64,000 nucleotides of DNA, taken from contig DALYDY010000001.1 of NCBI GenBank assembly GCA_031972855.1, forward strand, positions 128,048 to 192,047. The letters are read 5' to 3'. Shown here one piece after another: positions 18,327 through 27,239 of this stretch (position 1 is its first letter; the number at the start of each line of letters is the position of its first letter). Made by a program: the position numbers and the translations under genes. The notes beneath the pieces are model-generated. The model was not told where the DNA came from. It was given only the letters and a program-made list of their open reading frames with translations, and did not search any database. The DNA comes from Minisyncoccota bacterium (GTDB taxonomy: Bacteria; Patescibacteriota; Minisyncoccia; Phycocordibacterales; UBA9973).

Positions 18327-18848
18327 ATGAAAACCATCAAAAAAGAACCAAATATTATAGTAATCCTTCCAGACATTCGAAGTGCTGAAAATGTCGGCTC
18401 TATTTTTCGTACATCTGAAGCTCTTGGGGTAGATCAAATAGTTCTTGGGGGAATCACCCCAGATCCTGTAGATAAATTTAATCGTCCAAATAGTAAAATT
18501 GCAAAGACAGCGCTCGGTGCGGAGAAAACAGTTTCTTGGACTCATTGTAATAGTTTGGGTGCTAGATTTACTAGATTAAAAAAAGCCGGGTATACACTTG
18601 TGGGAATAGAACAAGATGTGAGGTCTGTTGATTATAAAAAAATAAAAAATACAGATAAGATGGTATTTGTGATGGGTAATGAAGTAGAAGGTCTTCCTAA
18701 AAATATTTTGGATAAGATGGATATAATTGCTGAGATTCCAATGAGAGGGGAGCTTGCCCGGAATCGCCCAATAGGTGATATGGGTAAAGAATCTCTTAAT
18801 GTATCTGTTTCTTTTGGTGTGGCTTTGTTTAGAATTTTGAATAAATAA
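18327..18848 (+). CDS. SpoU/TrmH-family RNA 2'-O-methyltransferase
   Basis: SPOUT motifs: SAENVGSIFRTSEALGV, VFVMGNEVEGL, SLNVSVSFGVALF. Confidence 0.75.
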   Translation: MKTIKKEPNIIVILPDIRSAENVGSIFRTSEALGVDQIVLGGITPDPVDKFNRPNSKIAKTALGAEKTVSWTHCNSLGARFTRLKKAGYTLVGIEQDVRSVDYKKIKNTDKMVFVMGNEVEGLPKNILDKMDIIAEIPMRGELARNRPIGDMGKESLNVSVSFGVALFRILNK

Positions 18849-19010
18849 AAACTCGTTATATAAATAACGAGTTTTTATTTTTTTATCTAACTTCCTGAGG
18901 GGATTCAAGAAAAGGGTCTGTATAAACTTTTTTTGCACCACCATTTGCATACCACAGCATAAACAATGCTACAAATGCGACTATAAACCATTTAAAATCT
19001 TCCATATAAT

Positions 19011-19967
19011 TTAATTATAAAGCACTTGGTGTTTATTGCAAAAGTGAGAACTGCGACCATTTACCATCTTTCTTTCTATTATTCCTCCACATCCGCGTTT
19101 ACCGCAAACTTCATTTTTCTTTTGGTATACATTGTGATGGTGTTGAAAATTTCCACGTTCTCCATCTATATTTCTATAGTCAGACATTGAGTCTCCTCCA
19201 AAATCAATTCCTTTTTCTAAGACTTCCTTCATACTTTTATAAAGTAGAGAAAGATTTTTCTTTGGGATTTTATTGAATGTCGATTCTGGGTGAATAGATG
19301 ATGACCACAACATTTCATCAGAATAAATATTTCCTATACCCGCCACAATGCTCTGGTCCATAAGTACTGTTTTGATGGCTTTATTTGTATTTTTACTCAA
19401 TCTCTCTAAGAATACTTTTTCTGTAAAAGATTCTTCAAGTGGTTCAGGGCCTACACCTTTCAAATGAATACTTTGCTCTAGATAATCTGTTTTTATTAAT
19501 GTGACTTTTCCGAATTTTCTAGAATCACAAAAAGCGAGATACTTTCCATTGGAGAAAGAAAATACAACATGAATAAATCTATTGTAAGGGTCTTTTAATG
19601 CTTCATTTTTTTCATCACTCGCTACACTCCAAGCATTTTTCTTTTTGTCGTAAGTGTATTTCCCAAAGAGTAGGTGACCTGTCATTTTTAGGTGAATGAG
19701 GATTGTATATGAAATTGCTTGCCCGTCTATTTGAATAGGAGCGAGATGTATAAGAATATTTTTTGCTCTCCTCTCTACCTTTTTTACTTTTGCACCAACA
19801 ACAATCTTTTTTAATTTCTTAAAAAATTCTTCATCTTTTATTGTGTCTTTGAATTGTTTGATTGGGTTTTTGCGAGTAAGGTCTGTCCACACATCAGTGA
19901 TGGTGAGTTTTGGCAAGACTTTTTGTAATCCATTTACTGTCGTTGTAACTTCTGGTAGTTCAGGCAT
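19011..19967 (-). CDS. mutM: Formamidopyrimidine-DNA glycosylase (Fpg/MutM/Nei family)
   Basis: Start chosen at MPELPEVTT (Fpg N-terminal PELPEV signature); C-terminal zinc finger CGKRGCGG...HFCNKHQ. The ORF-track start at 20021 is an upstream extension. Confidence 0.8.
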   Translation of the reverse strand: MPELPEVTTTVNGLQKVLPKLTITDVWTDLTRKNPIKQFKDTIKDEEFFKKLKKIVVGAKVKKVERRAKNILIHLAPIQIDGQAISYTILIHLKMTGHLLFGKYTYDKKKNAWSVASDEKNEALKDPYNRFIHVVFSFSNGKYLAFCDSRKFGKVTLIKTDYLEQSIHLKGVGPEPLEESFTEKVFLERLSKNTNKAIKTVLMDQSIVAGIGNIYSDEMLWSSSIHPESTFNKIPKKNLSLLYKSMKEVLEKGIDFGGDSMSDYRNIDGERGNFQHHHNVYQKKNEVCGKRGCGGIIERKMVNGRSSHFCNKHQVLYN

Positions 19968-19972
19968 ACAAT

Positions 19973-20377
19973 TTAATATATATAAAAATAAATAATTATT
20001 GGAACAATCCAAACAAGCCAATCAATAATTCCTTTGTAGAGATTTTGATTATAAAAAGTTGGATGCAAATAAAATTCCTGGAAGGTAATCCAAAGAGTTA
20101 ATAATCCCAGAATTATAATTGGAAATATTTTAAAGCCAGTTTTGGTAAAAAGGAAGTGAGAAAATAAAATAATAAGTATTGCTCCAGCAAAATGAAATAT
20201 TTCTCTATAAATTAGAAGGCTAGTGCAGTGATACGCGTCGCCGTACTTTAGAGTACATGTATCATGTACATAGTTGTAGGATTTTCTAAAGAAAACAGTT
20301 TTTCCTGAAATATGTGAAGGAAATATAAAAAGCCTGTCTGGAATAGTAATTATAAAATTATATAAATTTTTGATCAT
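19973..20377 (-). CDS. Hypothetical membrane protein
   Basis: Hydrophobic 134-aa ORF. Confidence 0.35.
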   Translation of the reverse strand: MIKNLYNFIITIPDRLFIFPSHISGKTVFFRKSYNYVHDTCTLKYGDAYHCTSLLIYREIFHFAGAILIILFSHFLFTKTGFKIFPIIILGLLTLWITFQEFYLHPTFYNQNLYKGIIDWLVWIVPIIIYFYIY

Positions 20378-20379
20378 AT

Positions 20380-20949
20380 CTATTTACCCAATAATTGAAG
20401 TGCGGAGCGAATGCGTTCGTTTGTTGTACCTTCTTTTGGAATATCTTTTAGAATATTACGAACTTCAGATCCGTTCCATCCGAGAGCTTCTAGGGCTAGA
20501 ATAACATCTCCATCAGAAGACATTTCTTCTTTTGTCATAACCACTCCTTTTACTTTATCTTTCAATTCATGAACAATCTTCTCAGCTGTCTTTTTCCCTA
20601 TACCAGAAACTTTGGTTAGGTGAGATGCGTCGTTTGAAGCGATTGCATTTATGAGGGTTTCACTATCTACTGCATCAAGCACGCCGAGAGCTGACTTTGG
20701 CCCTATTCCGGAGACTTGTAGAAGTAACTCGAATGTTTCGAGGGTTCCCATTGTGGTAAATCCGTATAAATCTAAAGCATTCTCACGAACAGATAGATAT
20801 GTGAAGAATGTTATTGGGTTTCCCAAATTGTCATTTATAGAAAATAATGTTTCTTTTGTGGTGTGTATTTTGTAGCCAACACCTCGAACATCAACAAGTG
20901 CGATGTTTTCTTTTAGAGAGCGTGGAATTCCTGTAATTGAGCCAATCAT
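20380..20949 (-). CDS. ruvA: Holliday junction DNA helicase RuvA
   Basis: MIGSITGIP...VDVRGVGYKIH OB-fold N-terminus, helix-hairpin-helix pairs (GIGPKSALGVL, SGIGKKTAEKIV), RuvB-binding C-terminal domain; 189 aa. Confidence 0.85.
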   Translation of the reverse strand: MIGSITGIPRSLKENIALVDVRGVGYKIHTTKETLFSINDNLGNPITFFTYLSVRENALDLYGFTTMGTLETFELLLQVSGIGPKSALGVLDAVDSETLINAIASNDASHLTKVSGIGKKTAEKIVHELKDKVKGVVMTKEEMSSDGDVILALEALGWNGSEVRNILKDIPKEGTTNERIRSALQLLGK

Positions 20950-21156
20950 ATGGATATAGTATATAGTAACTAGTAATTAGAGTATAGACTCATACAAGCT
21001 CGGTACCTTTAGGCGTCAAACAAATACTATGTTCTATTTACTAATTACTAATTACTAAAATACTTACAAGTTCTGGTATTTTCTCATTTTTCATGATATA
21101 GTATCTTTTGTTCGCAATGATCGTGTCTCGATATAAGCAAACACTTAAATAAACAT

Positions 21157-21402
21157 ATGCCAATTACAAAATCAGCAAAACAAGCACTTAAAGTTTCACT
21201 TAAGAGACGTGCAATGAATGACCGCAATAAAAAAGCAGTCAAAGAATCTATAAAAGCCGTTGAAAAAAATCCAAAGGCAACAGATTCAAAACAAACTCTT
21301 TCAAAGGCTTTCAGTGCTCTCGATAAAGCAGTAAAGCGTGGTGTTATGAAAAAGAACACAGCTTCTCGCAAAAAATCACAACTTTCAAAAAAGGTTGGAT
21401 AA
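21157..21402 (+). CDS. rpsT: 30S ribosomal protein S20
   Basis: MPITKSAKQALKVSLKRRAMNDRNKK... basic helical protein, 81 aa. Confidence 0.85.
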   Translation: MPITKSAKQALKVSLKRRAMNDRNKKAVKESIKAVEKNPKATDSKQTLSKAFSALDKAVKRGVMKKNTASRKKSQLSKKVG

Positions 21403-21405
21403 TAA

Positions 21406-21441
21406 AAATCCCTCATAAGTAACTCTTATGGGGGATTTTTC
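21406..21441 (+). terminator. Rho-independent terminator after rpsT
   Basis: aatccctcataag-taac-tcttatgggggatt followed by a T run. Confidence 0.65.
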
Positions 21442-21463
21442 TTTGCTATACTATAAAAATATC

Positions 21464-22975
21464 ATGAAATATTTTCGACGAATTGTTAATTATTTTTTTT
21501 ATTCAATAAGAATAAATCGCATTTATCGCGATCACAAAAATTTTAAAAAACTTCAACAAGAAGAACTTTTTAAGATTATAAATTTAACAAAGGATACAAA
21601 GTGGGGGGCATTATATAAATATAATGAAATAAATTCTATAGAAGATTTTCAAAAAAATGTACCAATTTCAAAATATGAAGAAATAGCACCTTTTATAGAA
21701 GAGATGTTAAAGGGTGAAAAAAATATTTTATGGCCTGGCTTTGTTAAAAATTTTTCAAAATCATCAGGAACAACAAATGCAAAAAGTAAGTATATTCCAC
21801 TACCTGATATTTCTCTTCAAAAAAATCATTTCAACCAAGGTATGGATATGATATCTGTATATCTTTATAACAATAAATATTCTAGAGTACTTTTTGGTAA
21901 GACACTCTCTATTACCGGGAGTCTCTCGAATTCTCCTTTTGGTAATACAGATATTATGGTTGGAGATGTTTCGGCTGTCATAGCTTCAAACGTTCCAAAA
22001 TGGGCTCATATTATAAGAACCCCAAAACTATCTACAGCACTACTTTCTGATTGGAAAGAAAAGGTTGTAAAAATAGTTGACTCTGCTTCAAAAGAAAATG
22101 TTGTAGCATTACTTGGTACACCAACCTGGGTTTCTGTTATTTTGAATAGATTGAATGAAAATACAAATAAGCCTATAAGTGCTTCTTGGAAAAATTTAGA
22201 AGTGTTTTTTCATGGAGCTGTTTCTTTTGCTCCATACAAAACTCTTTTTAAAGAACTTCTTCCTGATAAAAAAATAAATTATGTTGAAGTATATAATGCT
22301 TCAGAAGGCTTCTTTGCTTTTTCTGATGATATGGAAAAACCAGAAGAAATGTTACTTTGTTTGTCTGGAGTATTTTATGAATTTATTCCACTATCTCTTT
22401 TTTCAAAAGGTGAAAGACATGCAGTCTCTTTAAAAGATGTTGAATGTGGTGTTTCTTATGTTGTTGTAATTACAACATATGGAGGACTTTCTAGATATGT
22501 GATTGGAGATACTATATCTTTTGTTAATCTTAATCCTTTTAAAATTATATTTACTGGACGTACAAAATATTTTTTAAATGCTTTTGGTGAAGAGTTAGAA
22601 GCTTTTCACGTTGAAAAAGCGCTGAAAGAATCACTCCAAAAAACAGGAGGTTCAATAAAAAATTTTACAGTTGCCCCTCTTTATATGAAGGATAATAAAA
22701 GCGGCGCTCATGAATGGCTTATTGAATGGTCATTTGAACCTTCTGATATTTTGTTATTTGAAAATAGTGTTGATGAAATTATTAAAAACTTGAACTCAGA
22801 TTATGAGGCAAAAAGAATGAACGATTCTATTTTAGGGAAGCCTGTTTTTAGATATTTACCCGAAAATACTTTTCATAATTGGATGGAAAAGAGGGGAAAG
22901 CTCGGAGGTCAGAACAAAGTCCCGATACTTTCAAATAATCGTGAATACGTTGATGATATTATAAATACACTTTAA
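21464..22975 (+). CDS. GH3 family (auxin-responsive GH3-like acyl-adenylating enzyme) protein
   Basis: SSGTTNAKSKYIPL adenylation motif and overall length typical of bacterial GH3 proteins. Start moved to ATG 21464 because the ORF-track start (21428) lies inside the rpsT terminator hairpin. Confidence 0.6.
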   Translation: MKYFRRIVNYFFYSIRINRIYRDHKNFKKLQQEELFKIINLTKDTKWGALYKYNEINSIEDFQKNVPISKYEEIAPFIEEMLKGEKNILWPGFVKNFSKSSGTTNAKSKYIPLPDISLQKNHFNQGMDMISVYLYNNKYSRVLFGKTLSITGSLSNSPFGNTDIMVGDVSAVIASNVPKWAHIIRTPKLSTALLSDWKEKVVKIVDSASKENVVALLGTPTWVSVILNRLNENTNKPISASWKNLEVFFHGAVSFAPYKTLFKELLPDKKINYVEVYNASEGFFAFSDDMEKPEEMLLCLSGVFYEFIPLSLFSKGERHAVSLKDVECGVSYVVVITTYGGLSRYVIGDTISFVNLNPFKIIFTGRTKYFLNAFGEELEAFHVEKALKESLQKTGGSIKNFTVAPLYMKDNKSGAHEWLIEWSFEPSDILLFENSVDEIIKNLNSDYEAKRMNDSILGKPVFRYLPENTFHNWMEKRGKLGGQNKVPILSNNREYVDDIINTL

Positions 22976-22996
22976 ATATGATAAAGTATTAAATAT

Positions 22997-23266
22997 ATGG
23001 AAATTTATTTAGAAGAATATTTTGGTTTGGAATGTCCTCACTGTCAGAGGATGCAAGAACTTTCAAAAAAAGTTGAAAAAGAAATTGGTATAACCATCAA
23101 TCGTTTTGAGGTTTGGCACAATTATGAAAATATGAAAAAGGTCGAAGATCTCGACCCTAAGAACGAATGTGGTGGTGTACCTTTTTTTATAAACAAAAAA
23201 ACAGGAAAGACTCTTTGTGGGGAAGTTTCTGAAGAGGAAATAAAAAATTGGGCTCTTGGTAAATAA
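22997..23266 (+). CDS. Small glutaredoxin/thioredoxin-like protein
   Basis: CPHCQ redox motif in an 89-aa protein. Confidence 0.5.
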   Translation: MEIYLEEYFGLECPHCQRMQELSKKVEKEIGITINRFEVWHNYENMKKVEDLDPKNECGGVPFFINKKTGKTLCGEVSEEEIKNWALGK

Positions 23267-23284
23267 GGTATATACTTTTTATAT

Positions 23285-23818
23285 ATGAACCAACCTCACA
23301 AAACACATTTTATAGGTACAATACTGATTACTTTCTTTATTATTCTATTGACCGCTATTTTTTTAATAATGAAGAATAGAGTTATTACCGAAGACATTGT
23401 TATTGTTCCTGTTCAAGAAAAACCAATAAGTACTGTAGTAGATAAAACTAAAAGTAATTGCGGTATAACAGTCACTAGTCCAATGATTAGTGATAAATTT
23501 AATGATATTAAAAAAGTTTCAGTGATTGTAGATAATACTAAGAGGGTTGAGCTTGGATGTGGTTGGACTGTATTTGAAGCTCAAGCTGGAACATTTAAAT
23601 TCTTTGATTCAAACAATGAAGAAATTGCAAATGGAATATTGATGGCTGAAAATGGTGCGGATTGGATGACATCTCTTCCTGTGATATATGAAGGGGAAAT
23701 AAAAATAATTGATATTAAAAAATCTATAAAAGAAGGTATAGGTAAACTTGTTATTACAGAAGATGATCCAAGTGGAGAAAAAATTCCTCAAACTGTTGAA
23801 ATCCCTGTGAAGTTTTAG
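23285..23818 (+). CDS. Hypothetical N-terminally membrane-anchored protein
   Basis: TM helix followed by a soluble domain; no motif. Confidence 0.4.
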   Translation: MNQPHKTHFIGTILITFFIILLTAIFLIMKNRVITEDIVIVPVQEKPISTVVDKTKSNCGITVTSPMISDKFNDIKKVSVIVDNTKRVELGCGWTVFEAQAGTFKFFDSNNEEIANGILMAENGADWMTSLPVIYEGEIKIIDIKKSIKEGIGKLVITEDDPSGEKIPQTVEIPVKF

Positions 23819-23838
23819 ATAAATAAAAACCCTATTTG

Positions 23839-23867
23839 TTGACAAAAATGTTTATATAGTATATAAT
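23839..23867 (+). promoter_or_regulatory. Consensus sigma70 promoter (TTGACA-17 nt-TATAAT) upstream of the sigma factor gene
   Basis: ttgaca aaaatgtttatatagta tataat. Confidence 0.6.
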
Positions 23868-23885
23868 ACAAAAAATTAACAAAAA

Positions 23886-24407
23886 ATGAATAAACTTATT
23901 AACGAAACAGGAGAAGTTTTTACTGAGCGTACTTATTGCATAAATGCATATTTACGCGATATTGAAAAAATTCCTGTACTTAATAAGGTAGAGGAATTAG
24001 GATTGGTTCAAAAAGCCAGAGAAGGAGATGAAATGGCAAGAATGGTTTTAATTGTATGTAATTTGAAATTAGCTTTTAGAATTGCAAAAAAATACTATTC
24101 TCCAAAAATATCTTTTCATGATTTATTTTGTGAATCAAACGAAGGATTAATAAAGGGGGTGGATAGGGTAATATCTAAGTGGGATTCTTCTCGTGGCTTT
24201 AGAATAACAGCTCTTGCTATTTATTCTATTTACGGTCAACTGGTTAATAATTTTGATTTTTTAAAAGATCAAATAAAGTTACCTTATTCTGTTGCTAAGA
24301 TAATTCGAGAAAGAAAAAAAGTTTTTAAAGAGTTGCAATCAAAAAATTGTTGTGATCCATCAGAACAAATGGTTCTTGAAAATTATCAGAGAAAGATATT
24401 TTTTTAG
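23886..24407 (+). CDS. RNA polymerase sigma-70 family factor, N-terminal part (regions 1.2-3); interrupted at a T7 run
   Basis: YLRDIEKIPVLNKVEELGLVQKAREGDEMARMVLIVCNLKLAFRIAKKY (regions 1.2/2.1-2.2), HDLFCESNEGLIKGVDR (2.3/2.4), region-3-like tail. Stop codon immediately after TTTTTTT (24399-24405). Confidence 0.7.
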   Translation: MNKLINETGEVFTERTYCINAYLRDIEKIPVLNKVEELGLVQKAREGDEMARMVLIVCNLKLAFRIAKKYYSPKISFHDLFCESNEGLIKGVDRVISKWDSSRGFRITALAIYSIYGQLVNNFDFLKDQIKLPYSVAKIIRERKKVFKELQSKNCCDPSEQMVLENYQRKIFF

Positions 24408-24418
24408 ATAGGAGTCTA

Positions 24419-24865
24419 TTGATGATTCAAGAAGGACTTGAATTTGTTTATGAAAACAACGTTTCATTTTTTAGTACTGAAGAATGTTCAAATTTATTAA
24501 TTCAAAAAGAGTTATTCATTGCTGATGAAGATTTTTCAGCAGATCATTTTGTAGAAAAAGAAGATTTGAAAACAGATACATTAAGATCTCTTAGTTTCTT
24601 AACAGAAAAAGAATTTATAGTTGTTAGTCTGTATTATGGAATTGAATCTGAGAAACTTTTTAAACTTGTTTCTGGTATTAATAAAAATATTGGAATTGAA
24701 ATAAAAAATAAGTTTCAAAATCCAGAACACGAAGGACTAACTCTTGAGGAAATTTCTGGAATCATTCCTTTTACAGTGGAGAGGATTAGGCAGATAAAAG
24801 AAAAAGGAGTAAGAAGACTTAGACAATCTAGGGTTTCTGGTGTTTTGAGAAAATATTTAGGATAG
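24419..24865 (+). CDS. Sigma-70 region 4 (C-terminal part of the same sigma factor, different reading frame)
   Basis: LRSLSFLTEKEFIVVSLYYGI...LTLEEISGIIPFTVERIRQIKEKGVRRLRQ is a region-4 HTH. The frame is reached by adding 1 nt to the T7 run. Confidence 0.65.
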   Translation: MMIQEGLEFVYENNVSFFSTEECSNLLIQKELFIADEDFSADHFVEKEDLKTDTLRSLSFLTEKEFIVVSLYYGIESEKLFKLVSGINKNIGIEIKNKFQNPEHEGLTLEEISGIIPFTVERIRQIKEKGVRRLRQSRVSGVLRKYLG

Positions 24866-25154
24866 TCCCGCAGAAATGCGGGATTTTTTTTGTACTCTAG
24901 TTATGTACGCGAGTAAAGTAGATTGCTCTCGGTAGAAATCTCGCTACACTAAAGGTACTGCGATTTAAACAGGTTGATTAAAATCTAATAAATCGGGAGC
25001 CTACGGTCGCGGGTGAGTTTCAATCTCACTTCGTTCAATAATGAAACTCCTTTCGATTCCTAACAAAAATAAAGTAGTTCACGGAATCGCCTCTCCCTTT
25101 GGTCGAAACGCACAATTTTTATAATCACTCCGTTCTTTAAAAATTGGCGCCTAC

Positions 25155-25201
25155 GGTTCGATTCCTACACGCGAGCAAAGCAGATTGCTCGCTCGAGAGC
25201 A
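25155..25201 (+). repeat. Inverted copy of the tRNA-Arg(GCG) T-arm/acceptor 3' end interrupted by a 25-nt hairpin insertion
   Basis: ggttcgattcctac + acgcgagcaaagcagattgctcgct + cgagagca; compare the tRNA 3' end GGTTCGATTCCTACCGAGAGCA on the opposite strand. Confidence 0.75.
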
Positions 25202-25202
25202 C

Positions 25203-25239
25203 AAAGAGAAAAGCCTCCCTATGGGAGGCTTTTCTCTTT
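25203..25239. terminator. Palindromic hairpin (bidirectional terminator) between the tRNA fragment and tRNA-Arg
   Basis: aaagagaaaagcctccc-tat-gggaggcttttctcttt. Confidence 0.65.
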
Positions 25240-25240
25240 G

Positions 25241-25312
25241 TGCTCTCGGTAGGAATCGAACCTACATCGCAACTTCCGCAAAGTTGCGTCCTATCCATTG
25301 AACGACGAGAGC
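25241..25312 (-). tRNA. tRNA-Arg (anticodon GCG as read; possibly ACG/ICG family), no encoded CCA
   Basis: Minus strand: GCTCTCG acceptor, D arm TCGT-TCAATGGATA-GGACG, anticodon stem CAACT / loop TTGCGGA, T arm GTAGG-TTCGATT-CCTAC, CGAGAGC + A. Confidence 0.75.
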
Positions 25313-25390
25313 AGATTGATAACATATATCAATAGTAAGTAATATACAGTAAAAAACCCTTTTTGAAAAGGGTTTTTAAATATTCTTTAT

Positions 25391-25858
25391 TTATATACCA
25401 AAATAATCAAAAAGTCTTTCAGCAACACTCTCCATTAGAGCCTCTTCTTTTTTTGTATAGGATCCAACAACTTTAACTAAGTCCTCTTCATTTATATTAA
25501 TAATAGGAAAAGATACGATTCTGTTTATACCAACATTACGACTAATAAGAAGAAGTCTCTCATCTTTTCTTGTAACAATATTGTAATTTAGAATATTGTT
25601 CCACAGTATGTACTCTTCATTTATTGAAATTCCTTTTTCATTGATTTCAAAATCAGTAATATTCGGCTCCTTGTGTGCTGTAAATATTATAAGAGATCCA
25701 GAGATTAAAATAAAAATTCCAAAAAGAAAGTTTGAATAGAAAAAAGATGCAATCGATCCAGCGATAACTATAATTCCCATAGCCCAATACCAATCAATGC
25801 TTTTAGGTTTGAATTGGTAGGGAAGAGCGCTCCAAGATATAGACGGTTTTTGTTCCAT
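25391..25858 (-). CDS. Hypothetical membrane protein (2 TM near N-terminus)
   Basis: ORF with hydrophobic helices; no motif. Confidence 0.4.
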   Translation of the reverse strand: MEQKPSISWSALPYQFKPKSIDWYWAMGIIVIAGSIASFFYSNFLFGIFILISGSLIIFTAHKEPNITDFEINEKGISINEEYILWNNILNYNIVTRKDERLLLISRNVGINRIVSFPIININEEDLVKVVGSYTKKEEALMESVAERLFDYFGI

Positions 25859-25860
25859 AT

Positions 25861-26361
25861 ATGTATTGTAGCAATAATTTAATTATTAACAGGTGGAAAA
25901 ATAGTTGCAACATGTTACTATGGTTTTCTATGTGGATTATTTTTGCTTTAGGTGCTTCTGTATTTTGGGGAATGACTTATGTATTGAATGAAGAAATATA
26001 TAAGAAAATTTCTGTTACAACATCTCTTGCTGTTGCTTCTTTGTTTATCTTTATAATAATGACAATTGTTTCGTATTTAAATAATACATTAAAAACAGAC
26101 TTAGCTTCTATTGTTTCTTCAAAAAGGACTTTCCTATATGTTTGTGCTGGAATAGTAACTCTTCTTATTGCTGAGCTTTTTATTGGGTTTTCTATAACAC
26201 ACAAAAGCGCTGTTTTAGCGGGGCTTGTAGAAATTTCATATCCAATATTCATAGCTTTGTTTAGTTATCTTCTTTTTAAAAATCATATAAGTATACCTAC
26301 TATATTAGGGGCTATATTTATTTTTGGAGGAATATTTATAACTTACTATTTTAATAAATAG
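25861..26361 (+). CDS. Hypothetical small multi-TM membrane protein (EamA/SMR-like size)
   Basis: Four to five predicted TM helices in 166 aa. Confidence 0.4.
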   Translation: MYCSNNLIINRWKNSCNMLLWFSMWIIFALGASVFWGMTYVLNEEIYKKISVTTSLAVASLFIFIIMTIVSYLNNTLKTDLASIVSSKRTFLYVCAGIVTLLIAELFIGFSITHKSAVLAGLVEISYPIFIALFSYLLFKNHISIPTILGAIFIFGGIFITYYFNK

Positions 26362-26387
26362 AAAATCGTAGTACAAAATATTAGTAT

Positions 26388-26930
26388 TTGTTATATTTAT
26401 TAAATATGAAAAGGATTTTTATTGTTTTAATTTCACTTATTATTGTTGGTGCTATTTTTTATATCTTAAAAACTAAAGAATTATTTGTTCCAATTGCTAA
26501 AAGTGTGACAATTGACCATATTTTAATAGAAAAAAGTAATCGCGTTATGAGTGTTTATAGTAAAGGTGAACTCATAAAAACATATAAAGTCTCACTCGGC
26601 TCTAATTCAAAAGGTCCAAAACAATTTGAAGGTGACAAGAAAACTCCTGAAGGTGTCTATTTTATTGATAGTAAAAACTCTAACAGTAGTTTTCATAAAA
26701 ATTTGGGAATTTCTTATCCCAATCAAGATGATAAAAAATTTGCCGAATCTCAAGGAAAAAATCCTGGTGGCGACATAAAAATTCATGGCCTTATGAATGG
26801 GTTTGGATTTATTGGTGAATTACATAGATTATTTGATTGGACGTCCGGATGTATAGCTGTGACTAATCAGGAGATTGATGAATTGTACGAACATGTTTCA
26901 GTTGGTGCTAAGTTTGAAATTAGAGAATAG
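26388..26930 (+). CDS. L,D-transpeptidase (YkuD family)
   Basis: Catalytic-domain motifs HGLMNGFG...DWTSGCIAV (His/Cys of the LDT active site); N-terminal TM anchor. Confidence 0.7.
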   Translation: MLYLLNMKRIFIVLISLIIVGAIFYILKTKELFVPIAKSVTIDHILIEKSNRVMSVYSKGELIKTYKVSLGSNSKGPKQFEGDKKTPEGVYFIDSKNSNSSFHKNLGISYPNQDDKKFAESQGKNPGGDIKIHGLMNGFGFIGELHRLFDWTSGCIAVTNQEIDELYEHVSVGAKFEIRE

Positions 26931-26947
26931 TCTTATTAAAAATAAAT

Positions 26948-26968
26948 AAAACCCTTTCGGGTTTTATT
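26948..26968 (+). terminator. Rho-independent terminator after the L,D-transpeptidase gene
   Basis: aaaaccctttcgggtttt. Confidence 0.7.
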
Positions 26969-27204
26969 TATTTTGTTGCGGAAGAGGTGAGATTCGCCTT
27001 CGACTAAAAATATTGCCGTCGCATATATTTTTGTCTAGGCACCGGCTCGAAAAATTTTCTGCTGAAAATTTTATACTCCGCTGTTCTAAAGTCCATCAAG
27101 GCATTAAAATGGACACCTGTGGACGGCCCGGCTCAGTCTCTGACTTTGTCAGGCTTCGCGGTCTGCGCCTTTCGAATCCTCCCAACCTTACCGAAAACAA
27201 AATC

Positions 27205-27226
27205 ACCCGACACTTTTGTGTCGGGT
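27205..27226. terminator. Hairpin terminator downstream of tRNA-Ser (bidirectional)
   Basis: acccgacac-tttt-gtgtcgggt with flanking T/A runs. Confidence 0.6.
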
Positions 27227-27239
27227 TCATTTGTTTTTG

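Noticed and set aside
18576-18950. 124-aa minus-strand ORF after the SpoU methyltransferase gene
   Set aside because: Low-complexity, Lys/Phe/Ile-rich translation of an AT-rich intergenic region containing the trmH terminator; no start context. Likely spurious.
21084-21416. 110-aa ORF antisense to rpsT
   Set aside because: It fully overlaps the well-supported S20 gene on the opposite strand; antisense artefact.
25137-25335. ORFs 25137..25325 (-) and 25144..25335 (+)
   Set aside because: Both lie entirely over tRNA-Arg(GCG), its inverted fragment and the palindromic terminator; non-coding.
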